A stretch of 63,482 nt of DNA, the filler included, from Octopus bimaculoides (Eukaryota), in assembly GCF_001194135.2 (NCBI RefSeq). It is 8 parts of 7 records of this genome, joined end to end, with 100 filler letters (N's around TTAATTAATTAA, not from the genome) between each part and the next. Parts side by side here need not be neighbours in the genome. Positions count along the whole stretch, not along the records: positions 8,861 to 23,072 come from NC_068983.1; positions 23,173 to 26,474 come from NW_026364416.1; 6 more parts are not named here. The stretch is one strand, 5' to 3'. Positions 12,635-23,997 of the stretch are shown here, piece after piece (position 1 is the stretch's first letter; each line of letters opens with the position of its first letter). A model generated the notes under the pieces. That model saw only the letters and a program-made list of their open reading frames with translations, was not told the origin of the DNA and did no database searches. The position numbers were made by a program, and so were the translations under genes.

Positions 12635-13150
12635 GTCACAAAATAAACAATATCGGGATCTACCATTCTCGGTAATTCTGAGGCGAGTTCTTTCACCTGG
12701 CCTGTGACATTCAGGTGTTGTTTAGCATTCGGCATCTTGTAGGGAACTATTCCAGACGCTATGCCGCAGCAAATTTGGTGTATAAAAAAAAACAAAAAAC
12801 ACATAAACCGTGTATGTGCGAGCGATAATGTTTACGTTACCAGACCTGTTTGTAATTTGTAATCTTATTTCTTACCACATGTGATACGCCGCAGTACTTC
12901 GTCAAATAGACTTCACTGCATTTGCATACAAGACACAGACCAGTGATTCACTTCGTTTTGAGATGATCCGAGTACAATGCATTCGTAAACCACAATCATG
13001 GAGAAATATTGATATCTACCATTCTCGATGATTCCAAGGCGACATGAGTTGCATTACCTAGTCTTTGACATCTAGGTGTTCAACACTCGGCATCGTTTAG
13101 AAATAATACATTTCTAAATCTCTCAGAGAGATTTATGCAATAGTAATACG

Positions 13151-13406
13151 ATGAAGTAGTAGTATGCTGTCAACTTAATGTGTCAGTCCTCTGAAGGGAA
13201 TAATACTACTGTTGGTTAGACCGAGGAAGCTGCACCGCTTCCTGTCGGCCTTGACACATTTCTTGTGTCCTTGTAAACATATAGACACNNNNNNNNNNAC
13301 TGTTGGTTAGACCGAGGAAGCGGTGCAGCTTCCTAGGTCTAACCAACAGTAGTATTATTCCCTTCAGGGGACTGTCACATTAAGTTGACAGCATACAACT
13401 ACTTCA
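13151..13406. repeat. Foldback palindrome (~80-bp arms) split by a 10-N gap
   Basis: 13151-13243 is the reverse complement of ~13315-13406 with few mismatches. Confidence 0.85.
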
Positions 13407-13487
13407 CTCGGCATCGTGCTCGAAACTTCTCTGAAGGCTCTCCTGCTGCAAATTTTGCATATTAACAAAACACATACTCTATGGATG

Positions 13488-13862
13488 TGTGACCGCGTGG
13501 CTGCTCGGTAAGAAGCTTGCTTCCCAACCCTGTGGTTTCGGGGTTCTGTCCAACTGCATAGCAACTTGGACAAGTGTCTTTCACTAGAACCTCGGGTCGA
13601 CCAAAGCCGTGTGAATAGATTTTGTAAACACAAACTGCAAGAAACCCATCGTGTGTGTGTGTGTTTGTTTGTTCCCCATCACCACTCGACAATCGGTGTC
13701 GGAGTTTTTACGTCACCGTAATTTAGCAGTTCGGCAAAAAAAAAGGGGGGAATAGAAAAAGTGCCAGGTTTTGAATACAATAATACTGGGAGTCGATTCG
13801 TTTGATTAAAATTCTTCAAGGCGGTGACCCAGCATGGCCTCAGTCAAATAAATAAACGATCA
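13488..13862 (+). mobile_element. SINE family B (diverged, near full length)
   Basis: tRNA-like head, AACTTGGACAAGTGTCTT, internal (TG)n, family tail. Confidence 0.85.
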
Positions 13863-13884
13863 AAGATAAATATATACGTGCGTA

Positions 13885-13915
<31 letters not shown>

Positions 13916-14257
13916 GTGCATGTGTTTTTGGTGTCTTTTGCCGCTACTTTATAATATCAGAATTGGCGCAGTGTTTACAAGTCAGCAAAACATTCAAAGT
14001 GGTAACTAAGTAATGCCGATTATGCCTTACCTTAAACAGGTGTGCACTTTAGATAGTAATCTTCGAGATAAAAGAGTGATAAGAACAGCAATTTCCGGTG
14101 TCATTTAAATTAGATTTCAAAAAACACAGCTGACCTGACTTTCAAGATTGAGCAGTTACGCACATTCTTTACCATGATTCACATTAGGGAGATGTATCAA
14201 ATTACGCAACGGTCCTTAAGGATCATTTCATGTTTTATTTCGCTTTTCATCTATTAT

Positions 14258-14530
14258 TTGTTTCAGTCGGTAGACTGCGGCCATACTGGGTCACCGCCTT
14301 GAAGAATTTTAATCGAACGAATCGACCCAGGACATATCTTTTACTTGATTCAGTCATTTGACCGCGGCCATGCGGGAGCACTGCCTTTAGTCGAACTAAT
14401 CTGCCCCAGGATTTGTTCTTTGTAAACCTAGCACTTATACCATTGGTCTCTTTTGCCGAACCGCTAGATCACGGTGACGTAAACACACCAGCATTGGTTG
14501 TCATGCGAAGTGGTGGGAAAAACACAGACA
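14258..14530 (-). mobile_element. SINE family B 3' part with two tail variants in tandem
   Basis: Matches B tail; CCTTGAAGAATTTT and CCTTTAGTCG tail types adjacent. Confidence 0.8.
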
Positions 14531-14592
14531 CATATATACATACATTCGAATATATATATACAGTTGAATTCACAACCTCACTTAGCCATACA

Positions 14593-14953
14593 GGATCTTT
14601 TTTAAAACGGGGGCCACGTTTTTCATTAACGAAACACTTTGAAACTTGGAACACTGGTAGAATGTGTCATATAAAACATCTTTTTCTCTTAGTCTTCTTA
14701 AAAAAAAAAGAAATCCATAAATTATTCCATGTTAAAGTTGTCGTATTTCTGTAATTTCAACCAATCACTGACGTCCATTCAGCCGATATACATTAAGTGC
14801 CCACTACATAAACAAACGATTCTGAAACAATTAATCCTAACCCTAACCGTAGGGTTAGGGTTAGGGTTAGGGTTAAAGCAAATTTAAAATGAAAAAAGCA
14901 AATAAAACGAAGGTATGGAGATTAAATACGCTTTACATCGCTTAATCAGGCAA
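14593..14953. mobile_element. Telomeric-hairpin MITE, copy 1 (right end lost in gap)
   Basis: Nearly identical to 20395-20735; centre ATCCTAACCCTAACCGTAGGGTTAGGGTTAGGGTTAGGGTT. Confidence 0.9.
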
Positions 14954-16169
14954 NNNNNNNNNNNNNNNNNNNNNNNNNNNNNNNNNNNNNNNNNNNNNNN
15001 NNNNNNNNNNNNNNNNNNNNNNNNNNNNNNNNNNNNNNNNNNNNNNNNNNNNNNNNNNNNNNNNNNNNNNNNNNNNNNNNNNNNNNNNNNNNNNNNNNNN
15101 NNNNNNNNNNNNNNNNNNNNNNNNNNNNNNNNNNNNNNNNNNNNNNNNNNNNNNNNNNNNNNNNNNNNNNNNNNNNNNNNNNNNNNNNNNNNNNNNNNNN
15201 NNNNNNNNNNNNNNNNNNNNNNNNNNNNNNNNNNNNNNNNNNNNNNNNNNNNNNNNNNNNNNNNNNNNNNNNNNNNNNNNNNNNNNNNNNNNNNNNNNNN
15301 NNNNNNNNNNNNNNNNNNNNNNNNNNNNNNNNNNNNNNNNNNNNNNNNNNNNNNNNNNNNNNNNNNNNNNNNNNNNNNNNNNNNNNNNNNNNNNNNNNNN
15401 NNNNNNNNNNNNNNNNNNNNNNNNNNNNNNNNNNNNNNNNNNNNNNNNNNNNNNNNNNNNNNNNNNNNNNNNNNNNNNNNNNNNNNNNNNNNNNNNNNNN
15501 NNNNNNNNNNNNNNNNNNNNNNNNNNNNNNNNNNNNNNNNNNNNNNNNNNNNNNNNNNNNNNNNNNNNNNNNNNNNNNNNNNNNNNNNNNNNNNNNNNNN
15601 NNNNNNNNNNNNNNNNNNNNNNNNNNNNNNNNNNNNNNNNNNNNNNNNNNNNNNNNNNNNNNNNNNNNNNNNNNNNNNNNNNNNNNNNNNNNNNNNAGCG
15701 TAGTTTTTTTTGTTTGTTTTTTTCTTGTTTAGTTTTTCAAGATGAGCTTTGCACTGGTTTCATTTGGTGTACTTCAAACATTACTAATTACCTCGAATTA
15801 TCCCATATCTAAATTGTTTAGATACTGAAACAGCCAAAAAAATCACCTGAGATACGTTTAATATAATCACCATATGGCCCTCATCTCGTCAGTGTCTGGA
15901 TTGACGTTAGCAGTCAGTCGTAAGCTGAGCACGAAGATAGATGGGTAGATAGATGGGTAGATAGATAGATAGATGGGTAGATAGATAGATAGATAGATAC
16001 ATACATACATACATACATACATACATACATACATAATACATACATGCATGCATACACACACAAGCGCACACTGGAGTAAATTGCGAACTCAAACGGAAAC
16101 GATAAAAATGATAAACAAGTGACTGTATATACATTAACATCGTATGAGGAAGATACGTACGCTGCTGCT

Positions 16170-16710
16170 GGTGGGGGTGGTGGCGATGGTGGTGGTGGTC
16201 GTGGCNNNNNNNNNNNNNNNNNNNNNNNNNNNNNNNNNNNNNNNNNNNNNNNNNNNNNNNNNNNNNNNNNNNNNNNNNNNNNNNNNNNNNNNNNNNNNNN
16301 NNNNNNNNNNNNNNNNNNNNNNNNNNNNNNNNNNNNNNNNNNNNNNNNNNNNNNNNNNNNNNNNNNNNNNNNNNNTGGAGTGGTGATGTTTGTGATGACG
16401 GTAATGGCGGCGGTGGTGGTGGTGGTAATGGTGGGATGGTGGTGATAACGACGGTAGTAGTGGTGGTAGTGACAGCGGTGGCGATGTTAATGATGATGAT
16501 GGTGGTGGTGTCGTCGGTGGTGGTGATGTTGATGATGATTATGGGTTGATGACGACGATGGTGGTGGTGGTAGTAGTAGTGACGGTGGTGGTGGTGAGGA
16601 TGTTGATGATGATGATGGTGGTGGTGGTGGTGATGATGATGATGAATTGATGGTGGTGGCGGTGGTGGTGATGGTGCTACAGCTGCTTCTGATGATGAAG
16701 ATGACGATTT
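16170..16710. repeat. (GGT)n/(GAT)n compound low-complexity tract spanning a gap
   Basis: Read directly from sequence. Confidence 0.9.
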
Positions 16711-17011
16711 CCCTTACCATCATAATACCCTGTACCATTACTTCTCTATATTTTCTCTGACGATGAAAATTATGGAGATAGAGGTAAGCTGTTAGAATAG
16801 GCAGAAGTGAAGGGCACCATTCCACGTGGCATTTAGTTGCGTCTGTTTACGTTCGTCTTCCACCAGACACTTTCTTTTGACTCTCATCCGTCATAGAACA
16901 GAGAAGTAGATGGATTAAACCACCAATAAAGTAATGAGGTTAGTGGAATCGCATGTCCCTCCTCCGGAAATGTATAGTTTTATGCCATACCTGTAAAGGG
17001 TATAAGACTAT

Positions 17012-17043
<32 letters not shown>

Positions 17044-17179
17044 ACACACGCACATACACACACACGCACGTATATGTGTAATATTGTTAATGGATAGCGA
17101 TAGTTGACATTTGTTAATATATGAAAAAAGAATGATTGTTGTAACCTTTATGCCTTCGCATATATGCATACAAATAGAT

Positions 17180-17184
<5 letters not shown>

Positions 17185-17214
<30 letters not shown>

Positions 17215-17545
17215 CAGTCAGTTAGACAGACAGACAGTCAGACAGACATATAGATAGATATACAGACAGACAGTCAGTTAGATAGAGAGAGAGACAGACA
17301 GACAGATAGTCAGATAGACAGTCAGATAGACAGACAGACAGACAGTCAGATAGACAGTCAGTTAGATAGACAGACAGACAGACAGATAGACAGTCAGTTA
17401 GACAGATAGACAGACAGACAGACAGTCAGTTAGATAGATAGACAGACAGACAGCCAGATAGTCAGACAGACAGACAGACAGGTATTCAGGTAGATAGATA
17501 GATAGATAGATAGATAGAATGACGGACAAACAGACATAGATAGAT
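17185..17545. repeat. (GA)/(GACA)/(GATA) compound microsatellite with recurring GACAGTCAGTTAGA unit
   Basis: Read directly from sequence. Confidence 0.9.
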
Positions 17546-17920
17546 AGAATTTTTTAAGTGATCTTCTAGCATATTGACAGACCAGTTACTGGTCAATTTT
17601 ATATTCACAAGTAGATAGATAGATAGATAGAAATGCCACTAAGCCTTTTCTCGACACACGATTCTGCCAACTCAACGTCTTTTAATTATATATAAATAAA
17701 TACTTGCGATTTTGGTTGCAAATTTTGGCAGAAGGTCGGCACATTCGAGAAAGAAGTAAGTCAATTATATCGAGCCCGGCGCTCGATTGGTACCTAGTTT
17801 ACAGACCCCAGGGTTCAACTAGTACTTATTTTATCGAACCCGGACGCATGAAAGGCATACCCAACCTGTAACTATCTTACCAGTTTACCGGCTTAAATAC
17901 TTGCAGTATTAAATATAGAG

Positions 17921-18350
17921 GAAAGCGGTGAGCTGGCAGAAACGTTAGCACGCCGGACGAAATGCTTAGCTGTATTTTGTCTGCCGTCGTGACGTTCTGA
18001 GTTCAAATTCCGCCGAGGTCGACTTTGCCTTTCATCCTTTCGGGGTCGATAAATTAAGTACCAGTTACGCACTGAGGTCGATCTAATCCATCCCTTTGTC
18101 TGGCCTTGTTTGTCCCCTCTATGTTTAGCCCCTTGTGGGCAATAAAGAAATAAGAAATGTTAGCATGCATTGCGAAATATTTAGTGGCATTTCGTCTGTC
18201 TTTATGTTCTGAGTTCAAATTCCGCCTAGGTTGACTTTGCCTTTCATCCTTTCGGGATTGATAAAATAAGTACTAGTTGCGTATTGGGTTCGATCTAATC
18301 GACTGAACCCCTCCCCCAAAATTTCGGGCCTTGAGTAGAAAGGAATATTA
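17921..18350 (+). mobile_element. SINE family A heterodimer (A1 tail monomer followed by A2 tail monomer)
   Basis: Monomer 1 ends GGGCAATAAAGAAATAAG; monomer 2 starts AAATGTTAGCA and ends CCCCAAAATTTCGGGCCTTG..AGAAAGGAATATT. Confidence 0.88.
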
Positions 18351-20140
18351 AGTATCGAGGCAAAGTAACTGGTAATTAAACAAATTCTGTTAGGAATCGG
18401 GACGTAAATGCATTGGTATAATACTCTTGAGATTGTCTGAGCCTTAAGAAATCCACTGCGTTACGCCGGAGATGTTTTGTTAGTACAACTGTTACAAAAC
18501 TAACAAATACCAAGCCCCCATTCCATCCTCAAGACTGTGGAACCACACCTTAATTAAGGTTTCTACTTTAGGCATAAAGCCAAGAAATTTGAGGGAACCA
18601 AGATTATTGATGCTATCGACTCCATTACTTACGGAGTCCATTTTATTGACCCCGAAGGGATAAAAAAAAAAAGTTGACCTCTGCGAGATATGAACTCAGA
18701 ACATTAAGAACTAGAAGAAATACAGCAAGAATTTTTTTTTTCCGACCGCTTTCCACTTCTTTAACAAACAGATTGCAGTCATATAATTCTTCTTTCCACC
18801 GTGTTCTGGACAATTTTAAAATTCAGGAACTATGTTACTTGAAATATGACAAATTTCTGCTCCTTTTCAAACCTCACATCACCTTTAGAGGGTTTACCCG
18901 CTTCTGCTCTAAAAAGAAATGCATTTTCAGAGTGATTGGTTGGGTGGTTGGTGAGTTGACTTTTGCCCCACTTCAAAATTTCACCACGGTAATCGATACT
19001 ATTTCTTTAAAAAAAAAAAACCACAAACAAATTGTGGTTTCTTTGGAAGTTTGTCGTATTGCTTCTTAAATAACTTATGTCAACAGCAAATGACTTCGTT
19101 GAATAATCAGAACACATCCTAGATAGATTAACATTTTTATCGCAGCATTACGGAACTCATTTGACAGGTGGGAAAAAAAAGTGAAAACACAAATACAATA
19201 GCGATGAAGAAAAAATTACATCAACGATCGTACAAACTCTTCCTGAAAACAATAACAGCTACCAGACTAAAATAACAATAGCAGAATGACATTAAATGAA
19301 AAATATGCAACAGTAACAACAATTGCTCAACAATAAAACGAATAAATCCAACCAAGAATCTCTATATATGCTACTGTAATACAACGATGAAGCAGTAGGT
19401 AATTATACTACTGCTTATCAGAAATCGCTTAGGTTTCCTGATATTTGATATTTTGGATATTTTTATTCTAGTATTGCACTTTATACATCAAAAAAAGATT
19501 CAAGTTTAATTTTAAGTTGACTAGGTTTTTTAACACGTTCAACACGAACGACTGTAAATGGTCGTAGTAGGCATAGCGCTATGTGGTTTACGATGTTCAT
19601 TGTACAACTACAGGCTTCAACTTTGATTTCACTACGCGGCATTTGAGGTAACTTTGTTTTCTGCCGTAACCTTATGTCTGAAACGTTGGGCGTCAGATTT
19701 GAGAGACAATTATGTGGAAATCCTGTGAGAAATATCAGTCTTAATTCGTCGACCCCGTTAAACAACATCACCTCGACTGCGAATGCCGTTGGTGGTGTTC
19801 GAACATTTGCAAGAATACTGGTGAATTACCTGATCCACGAAAAACTTTCTCCAGCCAGTCTTGGTTGCTACACGAAGGATTAAAAGCACAGTTCCTTATT
19901 TCGAAAACAATCAAAAGCAAACGTTTATCTATTCTATAAGTCTAAACTATAATCTAGCACGTTATTGACCTGTAACCAGATATCCTATTGTTCCCTATTT
20001 AAAAACTAAGTTATTTATTTAGGGCATAACAAGGTACCACTGCAAGATAAAAAAAAGGGATAAGTTTCACCATAATATTGGTATTTTATTTGAAGAAATT
20101 TGATATAGACATTTTATCTGGAAAGAAAAATATACAAATA

Positions 20141-20368
20141 TTGCGTTGTCTGGAAAGTTCGTGCCGATTTTTAAAGGAAAGAAAAAAGTCAATAAATACT
20201 TGCCATTACATTTTTAATCAACCGAATATAAAACATTTTGTTGCACAATGCATCTCCATCTTTCCTTTAACTTGAAAATACCCTCTTCCCAGAATTGAGG
20301 TGGTTTCATGGCAAATAAGTCGAAAGGTAAGCTACTATAAATCGGCCCAAACTTTCCGGACAACCAAA
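20141..20368 (-). mobile_element. 228-bp internally deleted mariner derivative
   Basis: 30-bp TIRs (25/30) TTGCGTTGTCTGGAAAGTTCGTGCCGATTT; internal minus-strand FAMKPPQFWEEGIFKLKERWRCIVQQN resembles a mariner C-terminus; TA at 20139-40. Confidence 0.85.
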
Positions 20369-20394
20369 TTGTTACGCATTTTGCTAGAAAATTG

Positions 20395-20956
20395 GGATCT
20401 TTTTTAAAACGGGGGCCACGTTTTTCATTAACGAAACACTTTGAAACTTGGAACACTGGTAGAATGTGTCATATAAAACATCTTTTTCTCTTAGTCTTCT
20501 TTAAAAAAAAAGAAATCCATAAATTATTCCATGTTAAAGTTGTCGTATTTCTGTAATTTCAACCAATCACTGACGTCCATTCAGCCGATATACATTAAGT
20601 GCCGACTACATAAACAAACGATTCTGAAACAATTAACCCTAACCCTAACCGTAGGGTTAGGGTTAAAGCAAATTTAAAATGAAAAAAGCAAATAAAACGA
20701 AGGTATGGAGATTAAATACGCTTTACATCGCTTAGTGAGCCAAAGGAGTAAATGTAAACAACTGAATACTTGTCAGTGATTGGCTGAAATTATCGAAATA
20801 AGACAATTTTTTACATGAAATAAATTCGAATACAAAAATATTTTTCTGTTCTATAACACAAAATAGATAAGTATACGAAGTTTGAAAGTCTTTCGCTACC
20901 AAAAACACTACGTAAAACATTAATGAAAAATGTGGCCCCCGTTTTAAAAAAGATCC
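20395..20956. mobile_element. 562-bp MITE with central telomeric-repeat hairpin, copy 2 (complete)
   Basis: ~37-bp TIR GGATCTTTTTTAAAACGGGGGCCAC..; exact 8-bp TSD GAAAATTG at 20387-94 and 20957-64; internal inverted AATTTCAACCAATCACTGAC / GTCAGTGATTGGCTGAAATT; hairpin at 20633-20666. Confidence 0.93.
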
Positions 20957-21111
20957 GAAAATTGGTCATTCGCTTTAAATTACACTCGTCTACAAGTAAA
21001 AAAAATTCCCCGATTCAGAATTAAATCATTTTCGCTACGCAGAGTAACATTTGAACCTTTACAATTACTATAGCTTAACAGGATCTTTAAAATGTATTTG
21101 GCAGATTATTT

Positions 21112-21440
21112 CTTGCGTAGACATAGCTTCCGTGTTCAGTCCCACTGCGTTGCACCTATAATAAAATCGGTCCGTCAAAAGTCATGCAAATAGATTTGGT
21201 AGAGAGAAACTGGAAGAAGCTCGTCGTCTGTGTGTGTAGTGTCCCACTACTGCTTGACAACTGGTATTGTGTTTACATCCCCCTAAGCTTGTCGATAAAA
21301 AGATACCGACAGAATAAGTACCAGGCTTTGCAAAACAAAAGAAAAATTAAGTATTGATGTCGATTCATTCGACTAAAATTTCTTCAAGGTGGTGCGACAG
21401 CATGGCCGCAGTGTAATGCCTGAAGCGAGTAAAAGATAAA
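21112..21440 (+). mobile_element. SINE family B (diverged)
   Basis: Head remnant, GGATTTGGTAGA-like body and family tail. Confidence 0.8.
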
Positions 21441-22799
21441 AAACATTAACTTACAGAACCTTTGTTCAATGTGCATTTAACTTATCTGCAGCAGTTCTCA
21501 GTCTGTAAACTTATTGCTTTTGAAATATTTGATTAAAACCTTGGTCAATGGAATAGCATAACAATGTTATAGCAACACAGCATTTTCCGCCAAAGCTGGA
21601 GCATTTCAAAGAAAATATCAAATGTTTGATGTTAAACTATATAGTAAATATTAAATACTTTTTAAAAGATGCAGAGAAAAGGGAAATGAGGGCGTTTAGT
21701 TAAATGATGAGAGTTTGTCACGGCTAACAAGACTAATACCAACAGTCTTCATTGTCGAATGCCCGAAATGCAGACATTTCAAGGAAAAATGTAGAGTTTT
21801 AGTGCAACAACAATAATTCAGAACCGTTACAAGAGATGATTGAATAAGCCGAGAAATTGCGAAATAATCGGTTGTTTCTATATACTAATATCCCTCAAGA
21901 GTTTCACGCAAGCTAGAGTAAACAGCTTTGTACTTATTTTCATGGCATTGTCTTGAAGCAAATCCTGTTCACTAAAATTCAGCCTGACCAAATATGCTGC
22001 AAACAGCGGTTTATAACTGTTAATGCTATACGGTCTTGCTTTGTAAGCAAGTTTAAATATTTGTAACATAGGAACAAAATGGATTTTCTAAACAATACAA
22101 TTTCGTAATTTGAGATAAACATAAACTTAATGTCATATGAGACTTATTTGAATAACCGATTTAGATATAAACTCTGATAGTAACATTAATCCCCACTTAA
22201 ATATGGATGTTAAAAACAAACTATATTGCGGTAGATACCACGTGAGAAACCTCTCATACTGATGCAAAAATGCACTTTTAAACAAGAGTGCATTGTGCAC
22301 CAAACACCAATATGAGCGTTTCTATCATAGAAACTACCACTGTTTAATTTGTTCTAATAGACCATCCACGTTTATGTTAGCTCTCGGTGTTAATACCGCC
22401 TCTGTCACTAATATATTTCTGAAAGTAACATATGGAAGTTGAGCCATAGCCGATGGATATTTGAATTGACCGGATCTATTCTCCCCTTCCATCGTGTGTG
22501 GAGTAGAACATTGGTGACGTTAGTTTTAAAAACATTGCTGTCAGTGGAAATAGTCACGATAAAAGTATCGAATTTAAGCTAAATTGATTTTTCAATTTCC
22601 ATTTATTCCGTTTCAAAATAGGAGTCCAGGTAACTAAGCACGATGAAAGTGAATTTTCTCGTCTTAATAAACTGGTTATAAACATCGCTAAAATAAAATT
22701 TATTCTATAGCCAACAAACAGTTGTACTTACAGCAATGTAGTTTATTTCGAACAGTGCTAAGGAAAACAATGAATATATGTTAAAATACACACACGCAC

Positions 22800-22823
<24 letters not shown>

Positions 22824-22835
<12 letters not shown>

Positions 22836-23072
22836 CGCTCCGTCGCGGGTTCCAGTTGATCCGGTCAACGGACCAGCCTGCTCATGAAATTAACATGCAA
22901 GTGGCTGAGCACTCCACAGACACGTGTACCCTTAACGTAGTTCTCGGAGATATTCAGCGTGACAAGGCTGACCCTTTGAATTACAGGCACAACAGAAACA
23001 GGAAGTAAGAGTGAGAGAAAGTTGTGGTGGAAGAGTACAGCAGGGTTCACCACCATCCCCTGCCGGAGCCAC
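22824..23072 (-). mobile_element. SINE family C 3' part with (CAA)n tail
   Basis: Reverse complement of the 54372 and 59380 copies. Confidence 0.9.
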
Positions 23073-23602
23073 NNNNNNNNNNNNNNNNNNNNNNNNNNNN
23101 NNNNNNNNNNNNNNNNTTAATTAATTAANNNNNNNNNNNNNNNNNNNNNNNNNNNNNNNNNNNNNNNNNNNNAAAACAGAAAAGATGAGATATAAAAAAT
23201 ACAGGAGACAAAACTTTGAAGTGACAATCCAGTGGTGCCGCGGCACTCGAGGCACAAAAAGATACACAACCATATATTATACTGCACACACATATACACT
23301 ATCATTATAGACTTGAGTCTGTACGACCAAAGCTTTGTGAATGGATGTTTTTTTGTGTGTGTCATTTTCTGACAATGCTTTCTACTCAAATTACGGTCAC
23401 GAACATGTAATGACTTATGGAGAATGACTGAGCTTTGGAGGTACGTGTGCTGTTTTGGTACATGTTACGCACTGGTTACTTTCGTTTCTTTATTATTGAG
23501 AGAGAACTTAGTTCACGCTTTTATTCATTTGTTTACCTCGCGATCCTTTAGTCCCAAGAACGACAGTGTTGTGTGGGTGAGAACAATATTGTGTGGGAGA
23601 AA

Positions 23603-23997
23603 GGCGGCGAGATGGCAGAATCGTTAGCACGCCGGGCGAAATGCTTAGCGGTATTTCGTCTGCCGTTACGTTCTGAGTTCAAATTCCGCCGAGGTCGACT
23701 TTGCCTTTCATCCTTTCGGGGTCGATTAAATAAGTACCAGTTACGCATTGGGGTCGATACAATCGACTTAATCCGTTTGTCTGTCCTTGTTTGTCCCCTC
23801 TGTGTGTAGCCCCTTGTGGGCAGTAAAGAAAAAGGTATTTCGTCTGCCGTTACGTTCTGAGTTCAAACTCCGCCGAGGTGGACTTTGCCTTTCATCCTTT
23901 CGGGGTCGATTCAGTTACGCACTGGGGTCGGTGTAATCGACTTAAACCCTTTGTTTGTCCCCTCCATGTTTAGCCCCCTGTGGGCAATAAAGAATTA
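23603..23997 (+). mobile_element. SINE family A dimer with exact 18-bp TSD
   Basis: AATATTGTGTGGGAGAAA at 23585-23602 and 23998-24015; CpGs largely intact. Confidence 0.95.

Noticed and set aside
14833-14876. Telomere or chromosome fusion site
   Set aside because: The repeats are few and lie at the centre of a TIR element present twice.
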